Of a DNA stretch of 64,000 nt, positions 52,159 to 63,867 are shown piece after piece. The position numbers and the translations under genes were made by a program. Below the pieces are notes generated by a model. That model was not told the origin of the DNA. It searched no databases and saw nothing but the letters and a program-made list of their open reading frames with translations. The number at the start of each line of letters is the position of its first letter. Position 1 is the stretch's first letter. This stretch comes from Cyanobacteria bacterium J06626_4 (GTDB lineage: Bacteria; Cyanobacteriota; Cyanobacteriia; Phormidesmidales; Phormidesmidaceae): assembly GCA_038523235.1 (NCBI GenBank), contig JBCBJQ010000003.1:32001-96000 (forward strand). Direction: 5' to 3'.

Positions 52159-53649
52159 CTAGGGCTTGAGTAACGGGGTTAGGTCAAGGTAAGACTCGAC
52201 CGAGTCTGCCAGCACGTCTAGCATCATCTCTCGCTGTTCGCGATAGTTGGCTACCCCGGTGGGCAGTGAGCCTAAACCGCGCTGCTGCCTGAGACAGTTG
52301 AGCCAAGCTCGCCGCCAGGGGCCATTGTCAAACAAACCATGCAGATAGGTGCCCCACAGCGCTTGACGGTGATCGACGATGCCCAGAGATTTGTCTTCAA
52401 ACAGAAAGTCAAACTGAGCTGCTTTGTTGTCGCCCTCACCGGCTGGCACTAGCTGAGTGCGGCCTTGGTGCAGCTCATACCCCGAAATCGGTAAGCCGAC
52501 CTGCGGATATTGGGAGCTGGTTTCTCGCTGGCGCGCAATCTTACGGTTGGTGATGACGGTTCGAATCGGGACTAATTCTAGTCCTTTGTAGCGTCCGTCT
52601 TGGCCTTCGATGCCTTCGGGGTCAGCGAGATACTCGCCCATCATTTGAAAGCCACCGCAAATTCCCAATACTGTGCCGCCGGCATGAACGTAGTTTTTAA
52701 TGGCTTCAGCCATGCCCGATCGCTGCAGAGCCATCATGTCAGTGATGGTAGTTTTAGTGCCGGGCAAGATTACAGCATCGGGATAGCCCAGATCGTCTTT
52801 AGGGCTGACGTAGCGAACTTTGACCGATTCTTCCGATTCCAACGGGTCGAAGTCGGTGAAGTTAGAAATGTGCGGTAGCCGAATGACGGCAATGGTGAGC
52901 GCTGCTGCTGAGTTAGTCGGCGAGCGATCCAGCAGCGATAGGGAATCTTCGGCAGGAAAGGCCTGATCCAACATGGGCAGCACCCCAATCACGGGAATGC
53001 CCGTGCGTTCTTCGAGCCAATCAATGCCTGACTGCAGCAGCTCTTGCCGACCCCGAAACTTATTGATAATGATGCCTTTAATCAGCGATCTCTCATCGGG
53101 ATCGAGCAATTCCAACGTGCCGACAATGTGGGCAAAGACGCCGCCCCGTTCAATATCGGCGACCAAGATAGTGGGCGCATTGAGATGCTTGGCGACCCGC
53201 ATGTTAGTCAAATCGCGGTGCTTTAAATTGATTTCAGCAGGGCTTCCGGCCCCTTCGCATACCAGCAGATCAAACTCCTGTTCTAGGCGAGCCAGGCTCT
53301 CCTGAATTGCCTGCCAGCCCGTGTCAAAAAACTTTTCGTAATACTCTTTAGCTTCGATGCGACCAATGGCCCGGCCTCGCAAAATCACCTGCGAGGTCAT
53401 GTCGCCCTGGGGCTTCAGCAAAATTGGATTCATTTCCGCAATGGGGGCAACTTTTGCCGCCCAGGCTTGCACCGCCTGGGCGTAGCCGATTTCCGCCCCA
53501 GCGTTGGTGACGTAGGCATTCAATGCCATGTTCTGGCCTTTAAAGGGGGCTACTCGCCAGCCTCGACGACTCAAAATGCGGCAGAGGGCAGTCGTAACCA
53601 GGGATTTGCCTGCATGGGACGTGGTGCCCACTACCATAATCGCCTTCAT
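52159..53649 (-). CDS. cobQ: Cobyric acid synthase
   Basis: GTTSHAGKS, FKGQNM, EGAGSPAEINL, SNFTDFDPL, GICGG, GTYLHG. Confidence 0.96.
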   Translation of the reverse strand: MKAIMVVGTTSHAGKSLVTTALCRILSRRGWRVAPFKGQNMALNAYVTNAGAEIGYAQAVQAWAAKVAPIAEMNPILLKPQGDMTSQVILRGRAIGRIEAKEYYEKFFDTGWQAIQESLARLEQEFDLLVCEGAGSPAEINLKHRDLTNMRVAKHLNAPTILVADIERGGVFAHIVGTLELLDPDERSLIKGIIINKFRGRQELLQSGIDWLEERTGIPVIGVLPMLDQAFPAEDSLSLLDRSPTNSAAALTIAVIRLPHISNFTDFDPLESEESVKVRYVSPKDDLGYPDAVILPGTKTTITDMMALQRSGMAEAIKNYVHAGGTVLGICGGFQMMGEYLADPEGIEGQDGRYKGLELVPIRTVITNRKIARQRETSSQYPQVGLPISGYELHQGRTQLVPAGEGDNKAAQFDFLFEDKSLGIVDHRQALWGTYLHGLFDNGPWRRAWLNCLRQQRGLGSLPTGVANYREQREMMLDVLADSVESYLDLTPLLKP

Positions 53650-54476
53650 GGCTTACTCCGAAAGAACGGGGTCAAAAGGGTTGTCAAGTCAAAGCGCTGA
53701 ATTTAAGCAGGCTTTGAGCATGTGCTGAACCGGAGAGCAACGTTCTCACCTACCAGTCGCTTTGTAAGCGTACCCAACGGCGCTTAGGAATTATATCGGC
53801 GATCGCATAAAACCACCGGAAAGCAAGTGTTGAATTACGGGCAAATGGCTTACCCCGTGTGAAGATTATCGACGCATTGACTGCAAGCTCTCGGTAGTTT
53901 CAGCAGTTCAAGCCCGATGCTCAGGTGAAATTATCCAATGCGGACGCTACCGCATCCGTCACTGCTGCCCCCTGATCTGCCGTTGATACGCTCATTTATT
54001 GGACTTGCTCAAGCGGGGGCAGGTTCCTGGTGTTATCCGGAAATTCGACTGCTGCTTGTAGTGAATGTCCCCAGAAAAACGGCTCATGACGCGGGTGCGA
54101 TACTCCCAACGATGAAACGTGCGGTTAATACATCGGCGGCGGGTGGTGGGTCGTAGAGGCCTCTGAGCGGGAGTGAGAGCGATCAAGGGGGAGAGCTAAC
54201 TCACCCTATAAGAGTTTGTTTGCAGAGACCTGCTAACGCGTTCTATCGTCCACAGAACTCAGCCCCAATCTCCATTTGCTCAGGGGCGAGTGGAAATTGG
54301 GGCTGAGTCGAGGTGACTGATTGAGTAAGAAGTGGGCGTTGTGATTGCCAGATAGCATGCCCTGATGGCGGCTTTGACTCTTCCTGTAGATGAGTTCCCA
54401 TATCCAAGATTCGCCAGTTGGCCACCACTGGGGTTAATTGAGCTAGGTCTCCACAGCCCCTAGCGCGCTGATTTCA

Positions 54477-55319
54477 CTAGAACGCTGATTCCGGCAGTTC
54501 GGGGGGCTCTTCACCAAACCACTTTTGATAAATTTCGGCATAGGTGCCGTCTTCCATCATGGTCATGAGGGCATCGTTGACCACCTCGACATTCTCTGAA
54601 TCTTTGGGCATGGCGATGCCATAAAACTCAGTCGTGAGCAATTCGCCAACGACTTTAAGGCCGTCGATATTGCCAGAGGCGATCGCATCTAAGGTGACCG
54701 GCGCATCATTGATCACGGCATCAACGTTGCCATTCGCCAGTTCCTGCAACGCCAAAGGTGCTGAATCGAAAGTGCTAATCTCTGCACCAGGGATTTCTGC
54801 TGCTTGGTCAGCCCCAGTGGTGCCGATTTGCACCGCGATTTTCTTATCTTCAAGATCATCGAGCTCGGCCACCTCAGCATTGTCGGCCTGTACCGCGATC
54901 GCCAGACCGGCTTTGATGTAAGGGCGAGAGAAAGCCACCGTTTGAAGACGTTCTTCGGTAATCGTCATGCCGCTAATCGCCGCATCAACAGTACCCGCCT
55001 GCAAGGCTGGGATAATGCCGTCAAAGGGCAGCGACTCAAACTGCACTTCTAACCCAGCGGTTTCGCCAATGGCGGTCATCAAATCAATATCAAACCCATC
55101 TAGCTCGCCATCATCATTCTGAAACTCAAACGGCGGGAAAGCGGGCTCGGTCGCGACTGTCAAAACGCCAACGGTTTCTTCTGTCGTGGCGGCCTCGTCT
55201 GTCGTGGCTTCCCCTTCAGCGGTATCTGCCGTATCGGCCCCACCACAGGCGGCCAAAACGAGAGACGCACTGGCGCCGAGGGCAATGTTTCGTAAAAATA
55301 CTGATCGTTTAATTGTCAT
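54477..55319 (-). CDS. Polar/basic amino acid ABC transporter substrate-binding lipoprotein
   Basis: LAAC lipobox, EPAFPPFE, GFDIDL, MTITEER, VQIGTTG. Confidence 0.92.
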   Translation of the reverse strand: MTIKRSVFLRNIALGASASLVLAACGGADTADTAEGEATTDEAATTEETVGVLTVATEPAFPPFEFQNDDGELDGFDIDLMTAIGETAGLEVQFESLPFDGIIPALQAGTVDAAISGMTITEERLQTVAFSRPYIKAGLAIAVQADNAEVAELDDLEDKKIAVQIGTTGADQAAEIPGAEISTFDSAPLALQELANGNVDAVINDAPVTLDAIASGNIDGLKVVGELLTTEFYGIAMPKDSENVEVVNDALMTMMEDGTYAEIYQKWFGEEPPELPESAF

Positions 55320-55438
55320 CCTTAAACTTCCTTTCACCACAATCTAGACATTCACGATACGATACTGCAGGTCTAACGATGATAGGCTTTCGAATATTTT
55401 TCATATGACGCAACCATTACAGAACCGGCCCCGCTACC

Positions 55439-56203
55439 ATGCCTGATTCCCCGTCTGCAATTGCCTTTCACAAACTTCGTAAAAGCTATGGCCCTCTGGA
55501 GGTGCTTAAAGGTCTCAGTGGCGAAATCTTTGCCGGTGAAGTGGTCGCAATTATCGGGGCGTCAGGCTGTGGCAAAAGCACGCTGCTGAGATGCTTTAAC
55601 CGGTTAGAAACCATTAATGATGGCAAGCTCATCGTTAATGGCATGGATCTCTCCAAACCTGACTTGTCTCGCAAGCAGCTGCAGCGGCTGCGGGCACAGG
55701 TGGGCATGGTGTTTCAACAGTTCAATTTGTTTCCCCACATTACGGTGCTCGAAAATCTCACTTTGGCACCGCAAAAGGTCTTGGGCAAAGGTAAAGCTGA
55801 GAGCCGTGAACTAGCCAGCCATTTTTTAGCCAAAGTTGGCCTCGTAGAAAAGGGACACGCCTATCCCGACCAGCTCTCGGGTGGGCAAAAGCAGCGCGTC
55901 GCGATCGCCCGGGCTCTGTGTATGGAACCCGACATCATTCTGTTTGATGAGCCCACCAGCGCCCTGGATCCTGAACTGGTGGGTGAAGTGCTGGCGGTGA
56001 TGAAGCAACTGGCCGAAGAAGGCATGACGATGGCGATTGTGACCCACGAAATGCAGTTTGCTCGCGACGTTGCCAATCGCGTGATTTTTCTGAATCAGGG
56101 CTTGGTCGAAGAAGACGGTAAGGCCTACGACGTGATTACGGCCCCCCAAAGCGATCGCCTGAAGGCATTTTTGAGTCGCATGAAGCTAGCCGGTGTGGCT
56201 TAG
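55439..56203 (+). CDS. Amino acid ABC transporter ATP-binding protein (GlnQ/BgtA-like)
   Basis: [39 protein letters not shown]. Confidence 0.92.
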   Translation: MPDSPSAIAFHKLRKSYGPLEVLKGLSGEIFAGEVVAIIGASGCGKSTLLRCFNRLETINDGKLIVNGMDLSKPDLSRKQLQRLRAQVGMVFQQFNLFPHITVLENLTLAPQKVLGKGKAESRELASHFLAKVGLVEKGHAYPDQLSGGQKQRVAIARALCMEPDIILFDEPTSALDPELVGEVLAVMKQLAEEGMTMAIVTHEMQFARDVANRVIFLNQGLVEEDGKAYDVITAPQSDRLKAFLSRMKLAGVA

Positions 56204-56285
56204 CGGCTGAGTCCTTTGATAAAACCGGCCGGCGGCTGTCATCTGCGGAGCGATGCCCCGCATCCCGGTCGTTGTCAGGGCCACG

Positions 56286-57092
56286 TCAGGCACTGTGGGG
56301 CCGAAAGAGGTGGGTGTGGTCAGGGTTGTAAAGTCGCGATCGCACCTCGGCCCCCTGCAGCGCTGGACTCACGATGTAGAGCGTGGTGCGAATCAGATTT
56401 TCTCGCTGGGTGATGGCCGTCATTTCCGTCAGTGGCGCGACCCAAATTTGCTCATCGGGCCAGCCGACTCGAAAGCAAATAGCAACGGGTGTTTCCGGCG
56501 CATAATGTTGCAGCAGCTGCGCCTGTGACTCAGCCACATGGCGAGCGCTGAGATAGAGGCACAAACTGGTTTTGTGGGCTGCCAAAGACGAGAGTTCTTC
56601 GGTGTCAGGCACCTGGGTGCGACCGCTAATGCGAGTCAGAATGATCGACTGCACCAGGCCCGGAATCGTCAGCTCCGCATTGAGTTTTGCCGCTGCCGCC
56701 TGAAACGCACTAATGCCAGGAATCACCTCAAAAGGAATTGCCGCGATCGCCAGCGCCTGCATCTGCTCATGAATGGCACTATACAAACTCGGATCACCCG
56801 AATGCAGCCTGACCACTGACTTACCCGCCGTGACGCGCTCGATCATCAGCGGCAGGATGGTCTCTAGCGTCAAGTTAGCTGTTCCCACCTTTTCAGCATC
56901 GGGTCGAGTCCAGTCGAGAACCTGTTGGGGGACAAGGGAGTTGGCGTAAACCACGACATCGGCTTGCTCTAACAGCCTTTGCCCCCGTACAGTGATCAAG
57001 TCAGGATCGCCCGGCCCCGCCCCCAGGATGTACACTCCGGGGGTAAGACGAGCAGTTTCAGCAGACGCACGGCGAGTCGTAGAAAGAGTCAT
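56286..57092 (-). CDS. cobM: Precorrin-4 C11-methyltransferase
   Basis: GAGPGDPDLIT, RLHSGDPSLY, S.LY.P...H.FR. Confidence 0.93.
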   Translation of the reverse strand: MTLSTTRRASAETARLTPGVYILGAGPGDPDLITVRGQRLLEQADVVVYANSLVPQQVLDWTRPDAEKVGTANLTLETILPLMIERVTAGKSVVRLHSGDPSLYSAIHEQMQALAIAAIPFEVIPGISAFQAAAAKLNAELTIPGLVQSIILTRISGRTQVPDTEELSSLAAHKTSLCLYLSARHVAESQAQLLQHYAPETPVAICFRVGWPDEQIWVAPLTEMTAITQRENLIRTTLYIVSPALQGAEVRSRLYNPDHTHLFRPHSA

Positions 57093-57638
57093 AAATGATT
57101 CTAAGGAGACCAACAAACAACGGTAGGCAATTAGCTTAGGCGATTTCTGAGCAAGAATGTATCGGCACGATCAGGGTGGGCTTAGTCAGAGTCCCAAAGC
57201 TCACCGCTATCAGGTATCGACAAACCCTGCCGCTACGGATATTCTCTTAGCGAGAAATTTTCTGCGCCTGAACTTGTGATCGCCCCCTTAGCGGTGTTCT
57301 GGCCCTATGCTAAGTTTGGTCACCTCGAGAGACTGTAGCCGCAGAGAGCGAGGCGGCATGAACTTCGACAAAAGGGACGAGCAACGGCAAAACTTCTCGC
57401 CTTTTCTGGGCATTCTGTAAACGAAAGTCCTGAACTTGAAGTAATTTGATGTACGCATAAACGGGGATGGAGCCTTGATTCAGGATCAATTTCCTCCAAT
57501 ATTAAATTTGTCTGAGCGCACATCGCTCACCTTTAGTCTGAAATCTCTAAACACTCTCTAAATCACTGCTTTGGTTAGTTGTCCTGTTTTATCACCGCAA
57601 GTTTTCATCGGTAATTTTGTATCGCAACGATTACTGGT

Positions 57639-58643
57639 ATGCAATTAAATTCAAATCCGCCCCCGATTAGAACGAGCTTTGCCAATGGTGCCTGTACGAT
57701 CTACATGCCGCCGACGCTAACCGTTGATGAGGCTGTCGATTTTCAGGGCCTTTGCCATCAAATTTTCATGCAACATCCGACGGGTTTAGAGCGACTGACG
57801 TTAGATTTCAGCGACACGACCTTTTTAGACAGCAGCGGCTTAGGCTCGCTCGTAATCTGTCGCCGGTTTTGCCATGACCATCAAACCGAACTGCTGCTGC
57901 GGCAGGTGGGAGCGCAGGTCATGTTGGTGCTGAGCATGACCGATCTCGACAAAGTGTTTACCATCGCGCAACAAGCGCCTAAAGAGACGCATTTGCCCAC
58001 CCGGCCGATGATAGAACGCCGGATGATCGCGACCCACCCATCAGTGACTTCTAAAGCTAAGCGAGCGATGGATATTGTTGGAGGGTTAACGGGGCTGACG
58101 ATCACGGCGGCCCTACTGCTCCCGATCGCGATCGCCATTTGGGTAGATGATCCGGGGCCGATTCTATTTAGTCAGGTGCGATGTTCTTGGATGGGCCGCC
58201 GGTTTCGCATCTGGAAGTTTCGCTCGATGGTCGTGAATGCCGAAGCCCTCAAAAACAGGGTTAAAAACGAAGTCGAAGGCCCCCTCTTTAAAAACGAGCG
58301 TGACCCCCGAGTCACCCGTGTCGGGCGGTTTTTGCGCAAGACGAGTCTGGATGAATTTCCGCAGTTTTGGAACGTGTTGAAGGGCGAAATGAGCCTGGTG
58401 GGAACGCGTCCCCCCACGCCCGCGGAAATTGCAGAATATGAGGTACCGGCTTGGCAACGACTCAACGTTAAGCCTGGCCTTACTGGCGAATGGCAGGTCA
58501 GCGGGCGATCGAGCATTAAAAAGTTTGAGGACGTGATTCGCCTCGACATGCGCTATCAGGAAAACTGGAGCCTACTCTACGACATCAAACTGATGGTCAA
58601 AACGGTGTTGGTCTTATTCACCAAGGATTCGGGCGCAGCTTGA
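57639..58643 (+). CDS. STAS domain fused to a priming sugar-phosphate transferase (Bac_transf)
   Basis: [51 protein letters not shown]. Confidence 0.92.
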   Translation: MQLNSNPPPIRTSFANGACTIYMPPTLTVDEAVDFQGLCHQIFMQHPTGLERLTLDFSDTTFLDSSGLGSLVICRRFCHDHQTELLLRQVGAQVMLVLSMTDLDKVFTIAQQAPKETHLPTRPMIERRMIATHPSVTSKAKRAMDIVGGLTGLTITAALLLPIAIAIWVDDPGPILFSQVRCSWMGRRFRIWKFRSMVVNAEALKNRVKNEVEGPLFKNERDPRVTRVGRFLRKTSLDEFPQFWNVLKGEMSLVGTRPPTPAEIAEYEVPAWQRLNVKPGLTGEWQVSGRSSIKKFEDVIRLDMRYQENWSLLYDIKLMVKTVLVLFTKDSGAA

Positions 58644-58817
58644 TGACGGTAGTGGTACTTCCTGGGTGAAATGTGGCGCGGGAATGAGTGCGATTGCGAT
58701 CTCATTTTTTTGTCTAGGTGAGCCGGTCTTCAAAATCAGCCCTAGAGGAACCCAGCCGCGATCTGATTCAACTTAGGTCACGCGAACGATGTCACTTTCC
58801 AGGGGCGTGTGTAAACC

Positions 58818-58997
58818 AACCTGAGTTCGGGATTAAGGCATGAGGCAGCTTACCCGCCTGTTGAGGCGATAATCCCCTCTGGGGCGGGTGCCCAAGGCGG
58901 GATGGGTGTCGGTCCTTCCGCCGAGAGTGCAACCCACCCCATTCGCCCCTCCCGAGAATGGAAAGAAACAGGGTTGGGCTTAACCTGAACTGGCGTT
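58818..58997. mobile_element. MITE (180 bp) with 5-bp target duplication AAACC
   Basis: TIRs AACCTGAGTTCGGGATTAAG and (reverse complement) AACGCCAGTTCAGGTTAAG; AAACC at 58813-58817 and 58998-59002. Confidence 0.8.
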
Positions 58998-59189
58998 AAA
59001 CCAGGCTGGGGCAATAATCGCAGCCTTCCTCAGCCCAGGCTTTGCTCAGTTTTCCGAAAATCGACCCCCTGATTTTCACACCCAGCCAAGGGGAATCCAG
59101 ACTATCCCAATAGCCTCATGTTCTTGCTGGGAGCGATGGCCCAAAATGAGTCTCAGGTTTTGGAAATATTCAACCTAACTATTTTGCCT

Positions 59190-59327
59190 AAGTAGCTGGG
59201 TCAAATTAAGTGTTAAACCGGTCGCTGATTTCGACTCCGCTCAATCAGCTATATTGCTTGCCAAGTCAAACGTTGAGGGTTGAGCGGAGCCGAAACCCGT
59301 CTGCAAGATGCTTGTACCTACCTACTT
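59190..59327. mobile_element. MITE-like element containing a REP-like inverted pair
   Basis: Ends AAGTAG.../...CTACTT; internal TTTCGACTCCGCTCAA and TTGAGCGGAGCCGAAA (15/16 complementary). Confidence 0.6.
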
Positions 59328-60026
59328 GAAAGCCGTTAGTGAACAAAAAGCTCACTACTTTTTGGCTGAATTCTTGTTTTCAGAAAATAGAATATTTTTC
59401 AAAAATATGAGGAATGGCGATTCTAAATATTCTCTCTAAAAAGTGAGAAGAGGGCTGAATTAAGCCGGAAAAACAATTTTTAAAGGTGACTAAAATACTC
59501 GATTTTTATCAGTCTGACAGTTCACATCGTGAATGAGATCGGCAGATCATAGAGTTTATGAAGCAGACTATTTCAGCACTTCGTCAGGCCTGAGATAGTT
59601 GATTTTCAGAGAATCCCATTATCCTTACTCAATCTTCCTTCTCCGTATTTATACATGAACCATCGCCGCCATAAAATACGGGTCAGTGCTGGTGGAAATC
59701 CTAGGATTGCCTAATACTATAGCAATTGTCATTTGTGGCTCACGTTTGTTTTTTTGCTCGTTAGTGTTAGCTGACTTGGGGGAAGGCTAAAAGCACAATC
59801 ACTAGACTTATTGGTGTAGAACAAATAGAAACCTTCAGGCCATTCTATCTGGACATTTCAGCAATTTTACTGTGGTTTCACAGGAGACCTGTTATCTCCC
59901 GTGGGAGATTAATTTTTTAGGTTTGTGTGGGCCACGGGTTGTGCGTTGTTCTCATTCGGTTGTCTGTCGGGTCACCTGCTTTTCTTTAACTTGGTTCGGC
60001 TTTCTCGCTCTTCACTGCTTAGCACT

Positions 60027-62549
60027 ATGACCAGTAATTCTTTTTTTGAGAATCCAAGTGGCAATCTCCGGCGGCGATTTTTTAAAAAATCGCCGCCGGA
60101 GGATAAAATTTCGGCGGCCCAGGCAAAACCTAGTCAATTCAAGCTCGGTAACTTTTGGGCACGATCGCTGTTGGGGGGCACAGCCCTATTCGTTTGTGCG
60201 GCCAGCTACTGGAGCTATCAAACGATGCGAAATTTGCTGCTAGAGAATTTGCAAAACCAGGCATTTTTAGAAGTCCAACTGGGGGTCGATGAAATTGACG
60301 GCTGGCTGAGCAACCACAAAGCCTCAATGGCAGCCAGTGCTAACAATCCCGTCTTTAGAACTATGGACTGGGCTCAGATCGAGCCTTACCTCAGTGGTGA
60401 AGAGCAGCGGCTGTCAGAGTTTATGTATTTCGGCATGATCGACAACGAGGGGTTGCTGTACACCACCTTGTCCGATCAGCCCAAAGGTGAAATTGATCTG
60501 AGCGATCGCGCCCATGTGAAAGGAGCCCTGAGCGGCCAAAATAGCCTCTCGGATCCGCTAATTGCCCGCATTCCTGCCGGGAAGCGGGTCGTCGCCTATG
60601 CTATTCCGGTTTGGTCAGGCCGAGCTCAAGGCGATCAGCCCTTAGGGGAAGTGATTGGCATGATGAACGGGGTAATTGGCATCGACATGGTGATTGATGT
60701 GATCAATGACCTGGAGTATGGCAATAACAGCTATGCATTTGCCCTGAATTCAAAGGGGGAAGCCATTGTTCACCCCAACTCGGAATTGATGTCAACCATT
60801 GAGACCCCCGCACCGAGCCTTATAAAATCGGACGATCCGGGTCTAGCCACCGTTGCCTCACAGATGACCAATGGACGGCAAGGGTTAGAACTGGTGGAAA
60901 TTGACGGCGTTCAAAAGTATGTCTCCTACGCTCCCCTGACAGAAGCTGACTGGTCCGTCGCGTTGGTGATTCCTCGGAGCAATATTGAGGCCCAACTTCG
61001 TCCGCTCGATTTAATGGCTTTGATCGTAGTCGGCCTGACCGGCACCATGATCGCGGTCTTGTGGCAGGTACAGTCTTTTGAGCAACAACAACTCAAACGC
61101 TCTAAAGCCGCTGCCGATACTGCAAACCAAGCCAAAAGCGAGTTTTTGGCCAATATGAGCCATGAGCTGCGCACGCCCCTCAACGGCATCTTGGGCTATG
61201 CCCAAATTTTGGGACGCTCCCGCAGCTGGGGCGAAAAAGAAAGCCAAGGCGTTAGTGTCATTCACCAATGTGCGACCCATTTGCTGACTTTGATCAACGA
61301 CGTCCTCGATTTGGCCAAAATTGAAGCGCGGCAGCTGGAAATTTTGCCTCAGCCGATTCACCTGCCTGCCTTTTTGCAGGGAGTGGTGGAAATGAGCCGG
61401 ATTCGCGCTGAGCAGAAAGGATTAGCCTTCCATTACCAGCCTGATGCCGCCCTGCCAGAGGGCGTAGACATCGATGAAAAACGCCTGCGTCAGGTGCTCA
61501 TCAATCTTTTAGGGAACGCGACTAAGTTTACTGATCAGGGGGCTGTCACGTTGAAGGTGAGCGTTGTCGGGCAAGACCACCTCGCCGAAACGGTGCGATT
61601 GCGGTTCCAGGTGGAAGACACCGGCGTCGGCATTGCCCCGGATGCCCTGGAGGCCATCTTTAAGCCCTTCGAACAGGTGGGCGATCGCCAGCGTCAGGCC
61701 GAGGGCACTGGGTTAGGGCTCGCCATTAGCTACCGCATTGTGAAAGCAATGGACTCAGCGCTGCAGGTTGACAGTCAATTGGGCGTCGGCAGCCAGTTTT
61801 TCTTTGAGGTGGATTTACCCCTGGCAGCGGCCTGGCAGCAGGCGGCCAGGCAATCGCCTCAGGGTGAGATTACGGGCTATCGCGGCGATCGCAAAACCAT
61901 CCTGATTGTTGACGACAAGTGGGAAAACCGCTCGGTCATTGTCAATTTGCTCGAGCCCTTCGGCTTTACCGTGATCGAAGCGGAGAACGGGCAAGTTGCT
62001 TTAACCCAGGCCCACACCCATCGTCCCGATTTGATCATTACGGATCTGCTGATGCCAGTGATGGATGGCTATGAGTTTATGGCCCAACTGCAGCAGTCGG
62101 AAGATGAGGCGTTGCGCCAGACTCAGATCATCGTGTCTTCGGCATCGGTGGCGCCAGAAGATCGTCAGCAAAGCTTAGATGCCGGCGGGGCTGAGTTCCT
62201 CCCGAAGCCGGTGCACGCGGATGAACTAATGCCCTTACTCCAACAGTATTTAGAACTAGCGTGGCAATATCAGCCCGGCACAGAGGTGCCTGGGGCAACT
62301 GCCGCTGCCTCGGTCACTGATGGCTCTACTGCTGATCATCCGGCAGATATGCGGGTACCGCCCCCAGAGACGTTGCAGCAGTTTCTCACCATGGCCCAGC
62401 AGGGGCGGTTTAAAGCCTTACAAACAGAGCTCCAAACCCTGGCGCAAGAGCATCGGGACTATGGCCCCTTTGCCCATCATCTGGACACTTGGGTGCAGCA
62501 ATTCCAGGCCGAAAAAATTGAACAGTTCATTCTTCAACACCTAGCCTGA
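60027..62549 (+). CDS. Cache-domain hybrid sensor histidine kinase
   Basis: Two TMs around dCache, [30 protein letters not shown], receiver DLLMP; ORF track starts 59925. Confidence 0.93.
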   Translation: MTSNSFFENPSGNLRRRFFKKSPPEDKISAAQAKPSQFKLGNFWARSLLGGTALFVCAASYWSYQTMRNLLLENLQNQAFLEVQLGVDEIDGWLSNHKASMAASANNPVFRTMDWAQIEPYLSGEEQRLSEFMYFGMIDNEGLLYTTLSDQPKGEIDLSDRAHVKGALSGQNSLSDPLIARIPAGKRVVAYAIPVWSGRAQGDQPLGEVIGMMNGVIGIDMVIDVINDLEYGNNSYAFALNSKGEAIVHPNSELMSTIETPAPSLIKSDDPGLATVASQMTNGRQGLELVEIDGVQKYVSYAPLTEADWSVALVIPRSNIEAQLRPLDLMALIVVGLTGTMIAVLWQVQSFEQQQLKRSKAAADTANQAKSEFLANMSHELRTPLNGILGYAQILGRSRSWGEKESQGVSVIHQCATHLLTLINDVLDLAKIEARQLEILPQPIHLPAFLQGVVEMSRIRAEQKGLAFHYQPDAALPEGVDIDEKRLRQVLINLLGNATKFTDQGAVTLKVSVVGQDHLAETVRLRFQVEDTGVGIAPDALEAIFKPFEQVGDRQRQAEGTGLGLAISYRIVKAMDSALQVDSQLGVGSQFFFEVDLPLAAAWQQAARQSPQGEITGYRGDRKTILIVDDKWENRSVIVNLLEPFGFTVIEAENGQVALTQAHTHRPDLIITDLLMPVMDGYEFMAQLQQSEDEALRQTQIIVSSASVAPEDRQQSLDAGGAEFLPKPVHADELMPLLQQYLELAWQYQPGTEVPGATAAASVTDGSTADHPADMRVPPPETLQQFLTMAQQGRFKALQTELQTLAQEHRDYGPFAHHLDTWVQQFQAEKIEQFILQHLA

Positions 62550-62562
62550 GGGATATCAATCC

Positions 62563-63867
62563 ATGGTAAAACCCACCGTAACGGGCTTAATTCTGGTCGT
62601 TGATGACACGCCCGCGAATTTATCTGTCATGTCTGAAGCGTTGACCGATGCGGGGTATGACGTGGCGGCGGCACTTAGTGGAGATCGCGCCCTCAAACAA
62701 ATCCAACATCAGCTGCCTGATTTGATTCTGCTCGACATTCAAATGCCAGGGATTGACGGCTTTGAAACCTGCTGCCAGCTCAAGGCAAATCCTGAAACCG
62801 CTGACATTCCGGTCATTTTTATGACGGCGCTATCCGACGCCGTCAACAAAGTAAAAGCCTTTGACCTCGGGGCGGTGGACTATGTCACCAAACCGTTTCA
62901 GGAAGCCGAGGTACTGGCTCGGGTGAGTACGCACCTGAAGCTGCGACAGTTGACCCAATCTTTGGAACAACAGGTGGCGGCTCGCACCGAAGAACTGACC
63001 AACACCCTGGAAACCTTGCAACAATCCCAGCTACAGCTGATCCAGCAGGAAAAATTTTCGGCACTGGGCGGCTTAGTCGCTGGGGTGGCCCACGAAATCA
63101 ACAATCCCCTAGGGTTCATTTCCGGTAATTTGAACCCAGCCCAAAATTATGTTCAAGATATTTTGGCGCTGTTAGCCCTTTATCAGCAGCAATTTCCCGA
63201 TCCTGGGGAAGACATTTGCGATCGCATGGAGACTATCGATCTAGAGTACATTTGCACCGATCTGCCCAAAATTCTGGTGTCGATGCGTGAGGGGACTAAT
63301 CGGATTCGCCAGATCAGCCGCAGCCTCCGCAATTTTTCCCACGCGGATAGCGATCGCAAGATGCCCTACGATCTGCGCGACGGCATGGAGAGCACCTTGA
63401 TGCTCTTGAAACATCGTCTCAAAGCCACTGAAGACCGCCCAGAAATTGAGGTGGTGAAAGCCTACGACTGCGATCGTGAGGTGGAGTGTTTTCCCAGTCA
63501 GATCAACCAGGTTTTTATGAACCTGCTGGCTAATGCTATTGATGCGTTGGAAGAGGATAATCAAGGCCGTAGCTTGGAGGAGATTAAAGCTCAGCCCAAC
63601 CAGATTTTTGTGAGTACTGAACTCAGTCCCAACCAGCAGGCTGTGGTAATTCGCATTGGCGACAATGGCATTGGGATGCCAGCAGAAATTCAATCCCAGA
63701 TTTTCGACCACTTCACAACGAAGCCGGTGAACAAAGGGACGGGTCTAGGACTTTCTATTAGCCATCAAATTGTGGTGAAAAATCACCAGGGCACAATCGA
63801 GGTTCACTCCACTCCCCGCCAGGGCACCAAGTTTGAAATTCGCTTACCGCTGGTGGTCGAAAGCTGA
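62563..63867 (+). CDS. Receiver-histidine kinase hybrid
   Basis: LVVDD, LLDIQMP, AHEINNPL, NLLANAIDA, GTGLGL. Confidence 0.93.
   Translation: MVKPTVTGLILVVDDTPANLSVMSEALTDAGYDVAAALSGDRALKQIQHQLPDLILLDIQMPGIDGFETCCQLKANPETADIPVIFMTALSDAVNKVKAFDLGAVDYVTKPFQEAEVLARVSTHLKLRQLTQSLEQQVAARTEELTNTLETLQQSQLQLIQQEKFSALGGLVAGVAHEINNPLGFISGNLNPAQNYVQDILALLALYQQQFPDPGEDICDRMETIDLEYICTDLPKILVSMREGTNRIRQISRSLRNFSHADSDRKMPYDLRDGMESTLMLLKHRLKATEDRPEIEVVKAYDCDREVECFPSQINQVFMNLLANAIDALEEDNQGRSLEEIKAQPNQIFVSTELSPNQQAVVIRIGDNGIGMPAEIQSQIFDHFTTKPVNKGTGLGLSISHQIVVKNHQGTIEVHSTPRQGTKFEIRLPLVVES

Noticed and set aside
53650..54470. Cobalamin riboswitch or small genes upstream of cobQ
   Set aside because: No B12-box consensus recognised; the short ORFs lack RBS and protein-like motifs
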